A stretch of DNA of 64,000 bases, from contig NC_091474.1 of the NCBI RefSeq assembly GCF_036971445.1, positions 144,956,001 to 145,020,000 on the forward strand, given 5' to 3'. The DNA is from Narcine bancroftii (taxonomy: Eukaryota). The position numbers and the translations under genes are program-made. Under the pieces are notes generated by a model. That model had not been told where the DNA came from. It saw only the letters and a program-made list of their open reading frames with translations, and did no database searches. Positions 13,061 through 25,550 of the stretch are shown in pieces. Each line of letters starts with the position of its first letter. Position 1 is the first letter of the stretch.

Positions 13061-14022
13061 GGATGGTGTCCCAAATGTAAGTGGGAGGTACCATTTAATG
13101 GAAGACATGATGGAGTTTAGACATGTAGACATTAGTTCAGTAAGGTAGGAACAGGCAGAAACAATGGGACAAGTTTATGCATCTTAGCTAAGAGATAAAA
13201 GTGGGGAATGTATGGTTGGAGCACCATCACGGAGGATGCTGTGCGGAAGAGAGCACCTGATGTGATATGACCTGTAATGGTTTGGAATACTCGTACTTCA
13301 TCATAATATGAAACCTGATATTAGCCTCCGCAAAAATAAGGTCAGGAGGAAACATGATCTAGAGTACATGGGTTAAGGCTGAAGGAGAGATGTTTAAGGG
13401 AACATTTGAGGGAAATTCTTATCACAAAAAGAATGGTGAGAGTGTTGAACCAGCTGCCAGCTGAGTTGATGACTTTTCATGAAAATTTGGAGAGGTACAT
13501 AGCTTGAAGGGGCATGGAAGGATTTGGACCAGAGTCAGGTTAATGGGACACAGTAGAATAATAGTTCAGCATGGACTAGATAGACCCGTTTCTCTGCTGA
13601 ATTTTTCTAAGGTTCAATGGTTCTAAGATAATTGGTGAGAAGAGTGTAAGGAAAGAGAAGGGAAGTGAATTTTGTTGAGGCTGGAGGATGGGACATGGGA
13701 CCTTAGGAAGATGTTGTGGCAAGTTGGTGTAAGTAGGGACAGAGGGATGAGGTGGGGTCAGTGAATTGGGCAGTAGAGGGAGACCTCATTTGAGGGGCAC
13801 CAAGCTCAAATGTAAATTGTTTAGGCAAATGTCTGAAATTTCAAGATCGATTACTACTCATTGCATTTGAAATTTTTAAGACTTTTTCTTATTTATTTAA
13901 ATAGCTACAAACCTACAAGTCTCCCTAAAAATCCTCTGAGATGGCAAAAACAGGAATGCAAATTATTTCCTGAATGGCAATGGATTCAAAAAGGGGAAAA
14001 GTTACTCCACGTGGTGGACTTT

Positions 14023-16434
14023 ATAGTACAGTAAGCTGGAGGGTCCAGCGTCCAGCCTAGGTAATCACTGCAGGCTTAACCTCACTGGGCTGGGCAGACT
14101 GGCCTGCCTTCTGTATCTTTAGCTCCTCCCTGCAAGATCCCTAATAAAGTCTACGAGCCCTAGTCTCCTCCTTCATACCTGCCTTGGACGTGAGGCAGCA
14201 GCATGAAGAGGCATGCCAAGGTTTTCTGATTAATAAAGCCTTTGACTACTTGCTTTGTGTCTGCAAGTGGTCATTGATCATGCTACAATTTATTATTCAG
14301 AATTTTAACTGCCATGGACAAGGTGATTAGACTGGAGAAGCTGGAAACCAATCCGAAGGAAGCAGAGGCCTACGTCAGGTTTGGCATGTGGCTACATTGC
14401 TTGAGGCATCATGAGATCACAGCTGACAGCAATTGATATGACCTGCTCTTCACAGTGGTGGGCCACCGAGCATATCAAATAATCCGTGACTGTAATGGGT
14501 ACGAAGAAGCAATGGCCCCACTACAACAGCAATACGGAGCCCCGATGAACGCTATGTTTGTTCACTACCACTGGGCTCCCAACACCAGGCCCCTGGTGAG
14601 TCAGTTGAAAATTTCATAAGTGCCATGCGGGACCTGGGGTGAGCCTGAAGGTGCCAGGATGTGACTGCAGTGATCTAGCAAGAGGAGCTAATTCACAACG
14701 GGATAGTCATGTGCTTCCGCTCCCATCACATAAGGGAGCAGCTCCTGGAGAATGGCGAATGATCCCTACAGGAAGTGGTGCAGATGGCCTGATCATTGGA
14801 GACTCGCAAAGGAGCAGAGAGCCCTACTCAGCAGGCCGCATGACCAATAAGTGGGGAGAACGGGTGACGCCATGTTGGGACTTATGATCCCTGACTGCCA
14901 CTGCCATCACCAAGCACACAAGGTGCAACTACTGCAGCCAAGGCAAACACCTGCAGAAGTACAGTCCGGCCCGTAGCACAACCTACTCAAACCGCCAGAG
15001 GAAAGATCACTATTCCACTCTAAACCCCATTCGAGCAGTGCCCGTGTGCAGACTGTGACCCGCATCACCATCTTGGGCTGACCCACCTCCGGTGTTATTT
15101 CTGGTGGCTGGGAACTGAACAGGTGTACGACGACACGGAATGACATCACATCGAGCTTCTCTTCTGGATTCCACTGTGAGTGATCCATGGGGGTGGCCAT
15201 CTTCACAATCTCTCGGGCGGCCATCTTGGTGGCAGCCATTCCAACAATATAGCAGCACCGACTCGGACTGGACCAGAGTAGACCACACCACCTGGGACAA
15301 TCGATGATGGACACCGAGGTAAATGGCCACACCAAAGGCTGCCTGTTCAACATGGGAAGCACAGAGAGTTTCATACATCCAGGTACAGCCAAACTTTATT
15401 TCCTGACCGTGTCCCTGGCTAAGTGCAAGGTAGCGCTAACCTCCTAACACCTCTGCAGAAATCCACGCATGCTGCACTGTGACCCTAACCATGAGGGACA
15501 TGAAATGTAAAAACTTCAAACTACTGTTGATGCCCCACCTCTGTGCACCCATCATACTGGGGCTGGATTTCCAGTGTCAGCTTAAGGATGTGCTGATGCA
15601 GTTTGATGGACCACACCCCCCCTCACGGTCAATAATAACCAGTTCCTGAAGACCCCGCACATCTTCTCGAATAGGCCCAATCATACACCAAGGCATCCAA
15701 CCTGTGGCTTGCACCTTCTGGGTCCCTCTGCCCCCTCTGTTCCAAAACCTCACCCCAGACTGCAAACCTGTTGCCACTAAGAGCAGACGATACAGCCCCA
15801 GGGACAAGAAATTCATAAAAACAGAAGTGGGGTAACTGCTGGGGGAGGGCACGTGGTGGTGGTGGGGAGAAGTACCGAATGGTCATAGATTACAGTCAGA
15901 CTATCAATAGGTTCACCTTATTAGATGCCTACCCTCTTACCCGCATAGCCGATATGGTGAGGGAGATTGCCCAATTCAGGCTCTTCTTCACCATATACCT
16001 CAAATTGGCGTATGACCCAATTCCAATTCACCCAGAAGACTGGCCATACATGACATTTGAGGCAAATGACTGACTCTATCACTTCCTGTGGGTCCCATTC
16101 GGCCTCATGAATAGAGAGTCAGTGTTCCAAGGGGAGATGGATCGCATGGTGAATGGCAATAAACTAAAAGCTACTTATCCCTATTTGGATAATATCACCA
16201 TCTGCGGCCATAACCAGGAGGAACACAAGAACTTGCCACCGCAAAATCCCTCAACCTTGTGTACAATACTCATCCCTGTAAGGTCCCCAATAAAGGCTGC
16301 AAGCCCTAGTCTTCCTCCCTCATACGTAGCTTGGACATAAGTCAGCAGCATGTAGAGCCATGCCAAGGTTTTCTGATTAATAAAGCCTTTGACTACTTGC
16401 TTCGTGTCTGTGAGTGGTCATTGATCATGCTACA
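14023..16434 (+). mobile_element. Degenerate, internally deleted Ty3/Gypsy LTR retrotransposon
   Basis: Direct repeats ending tcattgatcatgctaca at 14287 and 16434; gag-like, protease-like and RT remnants (VIDYSQTINRFT; YLDNITI). RNase H and integrase are missing. Confidence 0.85.
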
Positions 16435-16484
16435 ATCACTAAGTGATTAAAGGGGCCAGTGGTCAAGTATGCACTAATAGGTGG

Positions 16485-17251
16485 TGTTGGAATCTAGGGG
16501 TTAAAACATGAAAGAAATGATTAATTAATAATGTTATATTTACTGCATGGTTCAGGGAAAAAGAGGAATGTGATTAAGTGGCAATCACAGCATGGAGCAA
16601 AGTTGGCTGAGCAAAATTGTCTGCTCCCAAATACAGGGAGAGGAAATGCATAAAACGATTTAGGAGGAATTCAAACTGAGGGAAGTGGGGAGTAGCACAG
16701 GAGACACAGGCCAGACCAGAACAAAGAATGGCCTGCAAGAAACAAAGGGAATGGAAAACCAGTCTAGGAGGAAGATTAAGGCAGGAGGAGGTGTTAAAGA
16801 GAACAGCAGAAATTGGCCAGACAGGAACAGAATGGTGATTAGAAATATCTGGGGATGAATTAATTTCTGATCCAATCAACAGGATAGTCTGGCCTGGAGG
16901 ATTAAGATGGGAGTGCTACACCCCAGATATCTGCAAAACAGGAGATGACTTGTGAAAACCCTTATGCAAAAAGATCTAGCAAAGGAAGCCAACTTTTGTT
17001 CTGTATGATAAGGTTGATCTATATAAACTGAGCCAACTGGACAATAGGGGTCAGTCTTGGGGAGTAGCTCACTGCGCAGGTGACCTATGAACTAACGATT
17101 GACCCAGAGCTCTGTCAAGTTTTATTCTTGTGCTGTGTAATAAATTGACTGTTGAACCGAATACCTTCTCCTATCACTTCATTCAAAGAACACGCTGGAC
17201 TCAGACTACACATAGACTAAATTAAGAGTAAGGTAAAGCCAGAGTCCGACA
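16485..17251 (+). mobile_element. Solo LTR
   Basis: TGTTGG...CCGACA inverted ends, 4-bp TSD GTGG, TATATAAA at ~17020 and AATAAA at ~17140. Confidence 0.78.
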
Positions 17252-17621
17252 GTGGGCAGAATCCAATCTTGATTGGCAGGTGATGCGATTTCTGACTAGG
17301 TTCCAGGCGGAAAAGTTACATGACCCTCCACTATCCCCACTACATTCCACCCCTTAGATGTCAAACCACTCACCAATCATTATGAAAAAGTACTATTATT
17401 TAAAAAATAAATTAATACATTGTTACAAAAGCTTAATACTACATTACAGTACAAGTGCCTTATCAATAATCATTTAGGTACAACAGAAGGGTGAAGGCAT
17501 TGATTCAGAAAATTACAACGGCCTACCACTCGGCACACCTGCTTATTACCTCGCGTTTTTCCATTCCAAAGAAAATAAAACACAATTTTATCCTCTCCTT
17601 CAGTATTGTTAGGTTCAATTA

Positions 17622-18300
17622 CAGGTACTCCCCGACTTATGACCATCCACACATACGACTAATTTAAAAAAAAACAAATATGCGTATGCGCTTGTGCAAT
17701 ATAGTGCCCAGCGAGCAGTTGTCATTTTGTGGGCATGCTAGAAAGATGGCAAGAGGGAAAACCTATCCCTTGCCAATAGATTGTCTCATTCCATCGTTTC
17801 AACAATTTTAAAGGACAAAGAGAATCTAAAAGATTCAGCAATATGAAGAGCCATCTTGATGCCTTTGCACATGTGCAAGTCTTCATATGGCGCATACATG
17901 GTGAGTTCATGTATTGGAATTCAGTTGGTGCATGTGCGAGAGTTAAGTGCACAAGTTCAATATCATCAGGGCACTTAAGTCTCACACATGTGCCAACCAA
18001 ACTCCAGTACGCGAACTCACCACGCATGTGCCAACCAAAGTCTCACATATGCGCACAGGATTTAAGATGGTTGCGCCCAGCCTATGGACCCAAGAATGCC
18101 AACCAATGAAGTAGTACACACATTTTGGCTTTTGCATGCCCTGTATCTCTGTTATAATTTGTCAAACACAACATTCAATCAAAAAGTTAGCTTTAAGACT
18201 TTGGAACTCCACATGCACGGGCAAAATTCTGACTTATGTCCATTTCAAGATACAACTGATCCTTCAGTCCCAATTACAGCCATAGGTCGGGGAGTAACTG
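17622..18300. mobile_element. Tc1/mariner-type (Tigger-like) non-autonomous DNA transposon
   Basis: TIRs caggtactccccgacttatg / cataggtcggggagtaactg, flanked by TA on both sides. Confidence 0.8.
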
Positions 18301-19929
18301 TATACAGTAAAAATGAATTCACCTAATTTGGCAGTAATAAAACTAAGTCATGTTAATCACCTTCCATCATCCTTACTGGACAGATATCCACCCTCTTTAA
18401 ACTCTTACATCTCACCTGACCACTGTCCCTTTGCAAATCACCATCCCAAACTAGATTCAATCATCTTTCTCACCCAACAGTAGTCTCCTACAATCAACAT
18501 ATTCATTTTATTATCATTTGTCACCCAATTGTTGACCATTTGTTCTCCCTCATTGAAATCCTCAGCCACCCTGATCCCATCTCCCTGCATCATCCCATTA
18601 ATGTCGCCATATGGTTTGTGGTCAATATTCTCTCCACAATCACTATTCTCATATTATTCAAACATCATTCTCTCTCCATTCACCATCCTCTACTCCCTGA
18701 CCAACATCATTCCTTTTCACTGATCAATATCATCACTCCAGCTGCTAAAGGGAAAAAAAATCTCCAATTGCTACTCCCCTGTTTAAAGCCCCGAAATCAG
18801 GCCACTCTTCCATCATCTTCCTTAATATTGCCCTTCTCAGTCAGCTGACAATAAAACCCTCTCCCTTCCAGCCATGAAGAAATTTGTTTAGAATTTCCTC
18901 CCACTTTCTTGCATTTCAGCATCTCCAATTCCAGGTTCATGGCACTATCTCAACATAGTGACATATCCCGCAAAGAAAACAATCCAGAATGCTGGCATCA
19001 TTCAAATCCCTCACATATTACAAAATTTTATATTTTACTTTTCCAAACCTCACAATCACTAAACATGGATATTTTAAAGTTATTTCTCTTAATTTATTCC
19101 TCTGAAATTAATTTATCTGCTCATTATGTGTAGTACACTGCCTTAAACAACTGAGCATCACCTTTTCTTTTGATGAACCACTGTTAAGCAAATCCTTCCA
19201 AATCTGTGCTCACCTTTACCTATATAGTTAGTGCTTTCTCTGTTTCGAACCTGTATAGCAGCAATTTGAATATCATTATATTCCAGTGCAATAAACCAAT
19301 TGAGCAGCCCAGATCAGTAACATGAATAAAACACGTAGAGTGCAGATGCTGAATCTTGAGAAAAAAATGAGGTGCTGGAGGAGCACAGCAGGTCAAGGCA
19401 ACATCCACGGGTAGAAATGGTCAGTCAACATTTTCAGGTTAGGACCTTTTATCAATGAATAACATCAGCCATTTTGAAGAGTTGATTGCAAACTACAATA
19501 TGCAATCCCTTAATGCACAGCAGGATCAAAAAATAACATTCCAAGCATTAATAGATTATTGGGGGCATTTAATTCCTACAACTCCAATGTATTTTAAAAG
19601 CTACTGTTCTGATCATATCACTACAGCCTTTCTACGTATAATTTTAATGGAAACAAAGAGTTGCTGGTGGAACTCAGCAGGTCAGACCACTTCCATGGGT
19701 AGAAACAGTCCATCAACTTTACATGGTGGATCCTTTACAAAAGGGAAATAACATATATAATGTTGTAAAGAAGCTGGGGGAGGGGGGGATGGCAAAGGTA
19801 ACAGATGTGAGAGGTGACAGGACCAGAAGAGGGAGAGACGGTGAAGGAAAGAAAAATTAGTGAAAGGGGAAAAAATAATAAGTAGAGAGTTAAGTAGAGA
19901 TGGAAAAAGTGGAATTAAATGGGGGTGGG

Positions 19930-20720
19930 GGGTGGTGATTACCTAAAATTGGAAAAAAAATTCAGTGTTCATGTTAATAGCTTTAAGGGTGTACAGGAAT
20001 GTGATGTGATGTTTCTCTAATTTATATTTGGCCTCACCTGGACAATAGATGAGGCCAAGGACAGATATATCGATAGAGGAATGGATGGGGTGCTGAAAGC
20101 TCGTTTAGGCCCACTAAGTGTTCTGTGAAGTGTTCAGCCAATCTGTGTTTTGTCTCAACAAGGTAGAGGAGGCCACACAGAATAAACCGAATGCAGTAGA
20201 TAAGGTTGGACAATGAGAAGGTAAAGCTATTTCTCACCTGGAAGGCCTGCTTATGACGCTGGATGGAGGTCATGTCCTACAATTAGACCAGGAAGTTGCC
20301 TATGGGTTGGAAGGGTGGGTGGGTGGGGAAGGAAGAATGGATGAGAGAGTCTTGGGGAGACTTATCGGGATGTAAAGCGAATCGGGGTGGAGAGGGAAAG
20401 ATGCAGCTGGTGGAGGGATTGCACCAAAGCTGGCAGACATGTCAGAGGATAATATATCAGATGCAGAGGCTGGTGAGGGGTAAAGTTAGGACAAGAGGTT
20501 CACTATCCTTGCTCTGTCTGGGGGGCAGTGGAGTTGAGCTCAGAAGTACAAGAAATAAAGGAAGTACAGGTAGGGGTTATATGAATTACAATTTATTAAA
20601 GAATGAGGCCATTTTGGATGTTATGGAGTGATCGTCTCATTCATCCTAGTTACAGAAGTGATGTGCCTGAGGATTTGGGAAAAGGAGATGGGAAGAGTTT
20701 TGATTCAGGTAGTTTGTGAG
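19930..20720 (-). mobile_element. Penelope-like element, GIY-YIG endonuclease remnant
   Basis: SNLIYCIRFILCGLLYLVETKHRLAEHFTEH resembles the PLE NLIYCIxC..CG..YIGET motif. Confidence 0.8.
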
Positions 20721-21371
20721 TCTGTGGAAACGAAATAGGGGTGAAACATGACAGGCAGGGGCAGTTCGTTGGCAGATGCCAGACAAAAAGAGATTCATCC
20801 CTGCACCCATTCATCGGTGGAATGAACCCCAGAACAGTGATCTCAGGTTGCCCGTGCTTGGTGCTAATTGGTCTTCCTGTTCATCATTCCCCTGTATTGT
20901 AAATTGCACTCGACACGTGGCTGTATGTGACACTAGAGATAACGTGTCAGTCTGTTCACAGAAGAACCTTTCCCACAGTCCTAGTTATTTTGTGACAAAT
21001 CAACTTGTAACTCTGGCCCTGTGAGAAGAGTTGTCGCTCCCTCTGTCTGGAGCCGGATGTAGCAGTGTTTTCTATCCGTGTTGTCCAATACAGTAAAACG
21101 CCCGTTTTAAACAGATCCACTTGCAAAACTATAAATATGGAAAGTTTGTATAAATGTCAATCCAACAGAACTATCACGAGCTATTGTTCCCTACAATGCA
21201 AATCTTAATATTAACTTGTAAAGAACCAGTAAGTTTCGTTGATTGTAACGGTACCTGTCAAAATGATAGCGAAATATCTCTAGAGACGCTGATGTTGATG
21301 GGAGTGAAGAAAATGTACTTGTGGGCCGATGGAAGTAAATGTGAAGATGGAAGTGGAGTGAGATTGTGTGT

Positions 21372-21672
21372 AAAAAGAGACCTGGTCTCACTGTATTGAT
21401 CAGGCTGCGCTGCGAGGTCTATTCACGGGCGCGATCCGACTACTGATGGGCACGGGGGCTTTGACCTGCTCCGTTTCCGACCTGGGCCGATTCACCCCTC
21501 TTCACACAACCTGGTGACGCCCGATTCCTCCGGAGACACCATATCGATGCCCAACTTAGTGAGGACACCCGCTCAACACAGGCCGCAGCAGCCCAGAACT
21601 CCTGATCTCAAGCGATCCGACAGCCTCAGCCTCCGAGTAGCCGGATTACAGGCGCGCGCCACCGCGCCCGGC
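21372..21672 (-). ncRNA. RN7SL: 7SL / SRP RNA gene, copy 2
   Basis: Same full-length sequence and T5 terminator as copy 1. Confidence 0.97.
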
Positions 21673-22444
21673 GGGAACCAGCCTCGCTGTACGGACACTT
21701 CAACCTGACCTCACACACACACACACACACACACACTGTACAGCGTCTCATCACCTCCTCCTGCCGCCACAAATAATGGGCAAAAGTTCTACAATTCAAA
21801 CACTGTCCGACAGGTAATGGAAATTCGACATTTTAAAAAGAGGGAAATAGTAAACAAGAAATGAAAGTGATTACAGGACATGAGCGGTGTCCAAAATGTT
21901 ATTCTCCATTAGAAAACATGGAACTGCAATAACCCAGCCGATCAAGGGTGAAAGTGGTGAATCCACACTGTTCGAACCAGGCCTGCATTAACCAGTAAGC
22001 AAAATAAGCGCGTGTTTTGGGCACCAAGGGGACACCACAGAGTTTTTTTTTCCCCAGTGCAGGATTTACCATGGTGCAGTTGAACTAGGGACCCCACAAG
22101 AAATTTAAAAAAAAACATATGGAGAGGTTCTGTTAATATAGTTGTGGGGTCTGGCCTGGAAGAAAACTTAATATTTAATCTATTCTTTCACATTCAGCAC
22201 TTCTTGACCCTTCATGTCTTGTCAGTTAGACAATGGAAGGTCGAGGGGCAACCATTGTTGGGCTGTTCTTGGGGCATCGATTGGCCTTCATCTGGCCCTG
22301 TTTAGAAGGCTTTGTTGGATATTACCAGTTGCCCCAATAATGACAAAGACTGAGGGGAACTATAGGCTTTATTGTACAGAAGACTTGAGCTGGCCCGGAT
22401 CCAAACTAGGGAAGTACTGGGAAGGGAGAGGTGGCCAGACCTCT

Positions 22445-23495
22445 TTTTTTTTAAACTTTATTTATTCATTCAAAAAACAAATAATATATGACATATACAA
22501 CAATTGACCATAAACATGAACGTTATTTTTCATATATATAAAAAAAGAGAAAAGAAAAGAACCCCCCCCCTCCCCTTCAGCCAACTCTCCAGGAGAGCCA
22601 TAAAGAAAGAAAAAAGAAAAAATATTAAAGAAAAATTAAATATACATATTAAGATCTAATCAATGTAAATTGAAATGTAAATATTCTGAATATAATGACT
22701 ACTTATTAATTTTAAAAATATAATTATCATGCAAAACATACATAATTTTTTCCATTATTAAACAATATTTCATCTCATTATGCCATCTATTAATATCAAT
22801 CATATTTGTATCTTTCCACATACTAGCAATACATTTTTTTGCTATGGATAAAGCTAAATATACAAAAGCAAGCTGAAACTTATCTAATCCCAAGCCTTTC
22901 AAAGGTTGCAAACTACCCAATAAAAATAGTGTTGGATCTAAAACTATTTTAATCTTATACAGATATTCTAAAAACAATTGAATTTTCTTCCAAAAAGATT
23001 GTATACATGACCAAACGGCATGAAAAAAAGTTCCAACCGTATCACCACATCTAAAACACAAGTCTGATTCATGAAAACCATATTTTTTTAAATTTTTCAG
23101 GTGTTAAATATAATTGATGTAAAAAATTATAGTTAATCATTGCATAACAGGCATTTATCAATCTAGTTACACTATCATAACAAATATCTAACCAATCATC
23201 TTCGGAAAAAATAAAACCAGTATCCGCTTCCCATTTACTTTTTGATCTATCCCAACCCTTTTTATCCATACCATCCTGTAATATTTGATACATAGATGAA
23301 ATATAATCCTTCTCTGGTACCTTCATAAGAAAAGTCTTAAATTTAGTCATTTCAGGTAAAATCATATCTCTACCAAACATACATCTTACCAAAGATTGAA
23401 TTTGATAATATAGAAACAAAGAATTCTTATCAATACCAAAACCTTCCCTCATCTGATTAAAAGATAAAAATTTACCCTCTTTAAAACAATTTCCC
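22445..23495 (-). mobile_element. L1/Tx1-like LINE 3' part
   Basis: NYNFLHQLYLTP, CFRC...TFFHAVWSC, and a poly(A) end (T-run on +). Confidence 0.88.
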
Positions 23496-23714
23496 AGTGG
23501 CCAGACCTTTATGACCTGGGTCCCAGGGGAGGATCCAGGTGAAAGCATCAGGGGGCGGGCCAGCTCGAGCCAATTAGCACACACAATTATAGAGTCTCAT
23601 AACAGATTACTGTGCAAAGGTATGGCATATGTGATTGGAGTACTCACATGGGTTCAATACTGGTTGGCAGATAGCTAAATATTAGGAATAGACACATCTT
23701 TTTCACCTTAATTT

Positions 23715-24625
23715 TAGATATTTGCAAATCCAGCATTTTCTTAAATCACGGCTTAATGATTTTCCAAGAGAGTCTGAATCAAATTTTGTAGGCAAGTTTT
23801 TTTTTAGTTCAATGGCTTCTCGTAAAGGTTTAATATCTATTATTTACAAGAAATTATGTTTAAAACAGACTTCACTAGTTAAAATTAAAAATGCTTTGAA
23901 ACAGGATTTAAATTTGATTATATCAGATGTAGATTGGGACACAATTTTTAAGTTGGTTAATAGCTCTACGTTATGCACCTGTCATTGTGTATTACAATTT
24001 GTACATATATCTAAGGTTAAATTGTCTCACTTTTACTCTGATTCGAGTCCCTGTTGTGATAGGTATAAGAGCGGAGAAGCATCATTAATTCATATGTTCT
24101 GAACTTGTCCTGGTCTACAAAAATTACTGGAGAGAGGTTTTCTGCACTTTGTCTACAATCCTTTTGGTAGCTCTCTTTGTTACAATGGGAAGGAATGATT
24201 CTTCTTTGTCTCTGGTTCAGGGTCATGCTAGGTTTTTTTGCCACTCTTTTGGCGAGACATACAATTTTACTGAAATGGAGGGATGCTGCTTGCCTACTAA
24301 TGATCAGTGGTTGCACGACATCGTGGAAAAGATTCGTTATTCACTTAATATATCAGATATAAGATTTCAGATGCTGTGGGGGTTATTTATGACTCACTTT
24401 CTTACTTTATAATTTCATTTCAATGTAATTGAATTGTCTGACTTGTATATTTTTTATATATATAGATTTTCTCCCTTCATTTTTCTTTTAATGCTAATCA
24501 TATAGCATCTGGCAACACTATTATGGAGGGGTACTGAGTTTTTTTCACTTGGTTTGGTTTCTCTTTTTTTTTCCTTTTTTCTTCTATCTTTTGCTTTTTG
24601 TAACTATTCCTTTTTTAAAAAAAAT
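23715..24625 (+). mobile_element. L1-like LINE 3' fragment
   Basis: CDRYKSGEASLIHMF zinc-finger region and an A-rich end. Confidence 0.75.
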
Positions 24626-24949
24626 ACCATCTGGACGACAAAGGAGCTGGACGCAGATTAGAAGGAGCAAAGATGCGAGTAGGCCTTAGGGTCAGGGGCA
24701 TTGCTATTGCCTAGCATCGTGAGAGAGTAGCCACCTCTCCATCATCTTCTCCGGTGTGTGTTAACTTTTAATCGTGATCTTATGAACATATGTAGTTCTA
24801 TTCTTATGTACTGCTTTATTAAGTTTAAGGTGTTTTAGTGTATTGGGGTGTTTTATATGCATATAAAGGTAAAATATATACTATGACAAACATATGACTA
24901 ACTAAGGGGCATGGCCATTCAGAGGATCTGGCCAGACGTCTTCTGAAAG

Positions 24950-25550
24950 AGCTCTCCATAAAAAATATTTAAAAAAATGATTTGAAAGCTCAAAAATCAG
25001 AATTCCATCATCAAAAATGGATAAAACAAGTACTAACTGACCATGACAACCGAAAATGAACACTGAAGAAGCAGCAGCTCAGCCAGGAACATCTAGTGAA
25101 AGAAACCTTGATGGGGAGCAGCACAGAAGGGGCCTTGGGACTGACTGAACCAGGCAGAGCTGGAGGGGCCCAAGATATAGCCAATATTTTTGAACAAGAT
25201 AGAAACTTTATGCACTCACTTTATGGGTGTTGAATCAGTGATAAGAGACATATTAGAAATGATGTCGGAAATTAAGGAAAGTGTGGAAGACTTAATGGAA
25301 TGAATGACTCAAGTGGAGGCTGAGCTGGACAAAACAAAAGACAGGCTAAAGACTCTGGAAGAAAAAGCAAATGCATGGGACACAGACAGAAAAGGAATGA
25401 TGGACAAGATCATACGGAAACTTTCGGCAGATGTAATAATGTAAGAATTATTGGACTGAGCGAAGGAATTGAGGGGAAAGACCCAGTAAGCTTCTTTGGA
25501 ACATGGATGCCACAAATGCTGGGGAAAAACAAGCTAAATGCAAGGCTAAC
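24950..25550 (+). mobile_element. L1 ORF1 fragment
   Basis: RCNNVRIIGLSEGIEG, the L1 ORF1 RRM-start motif. Confidence 0.7.
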
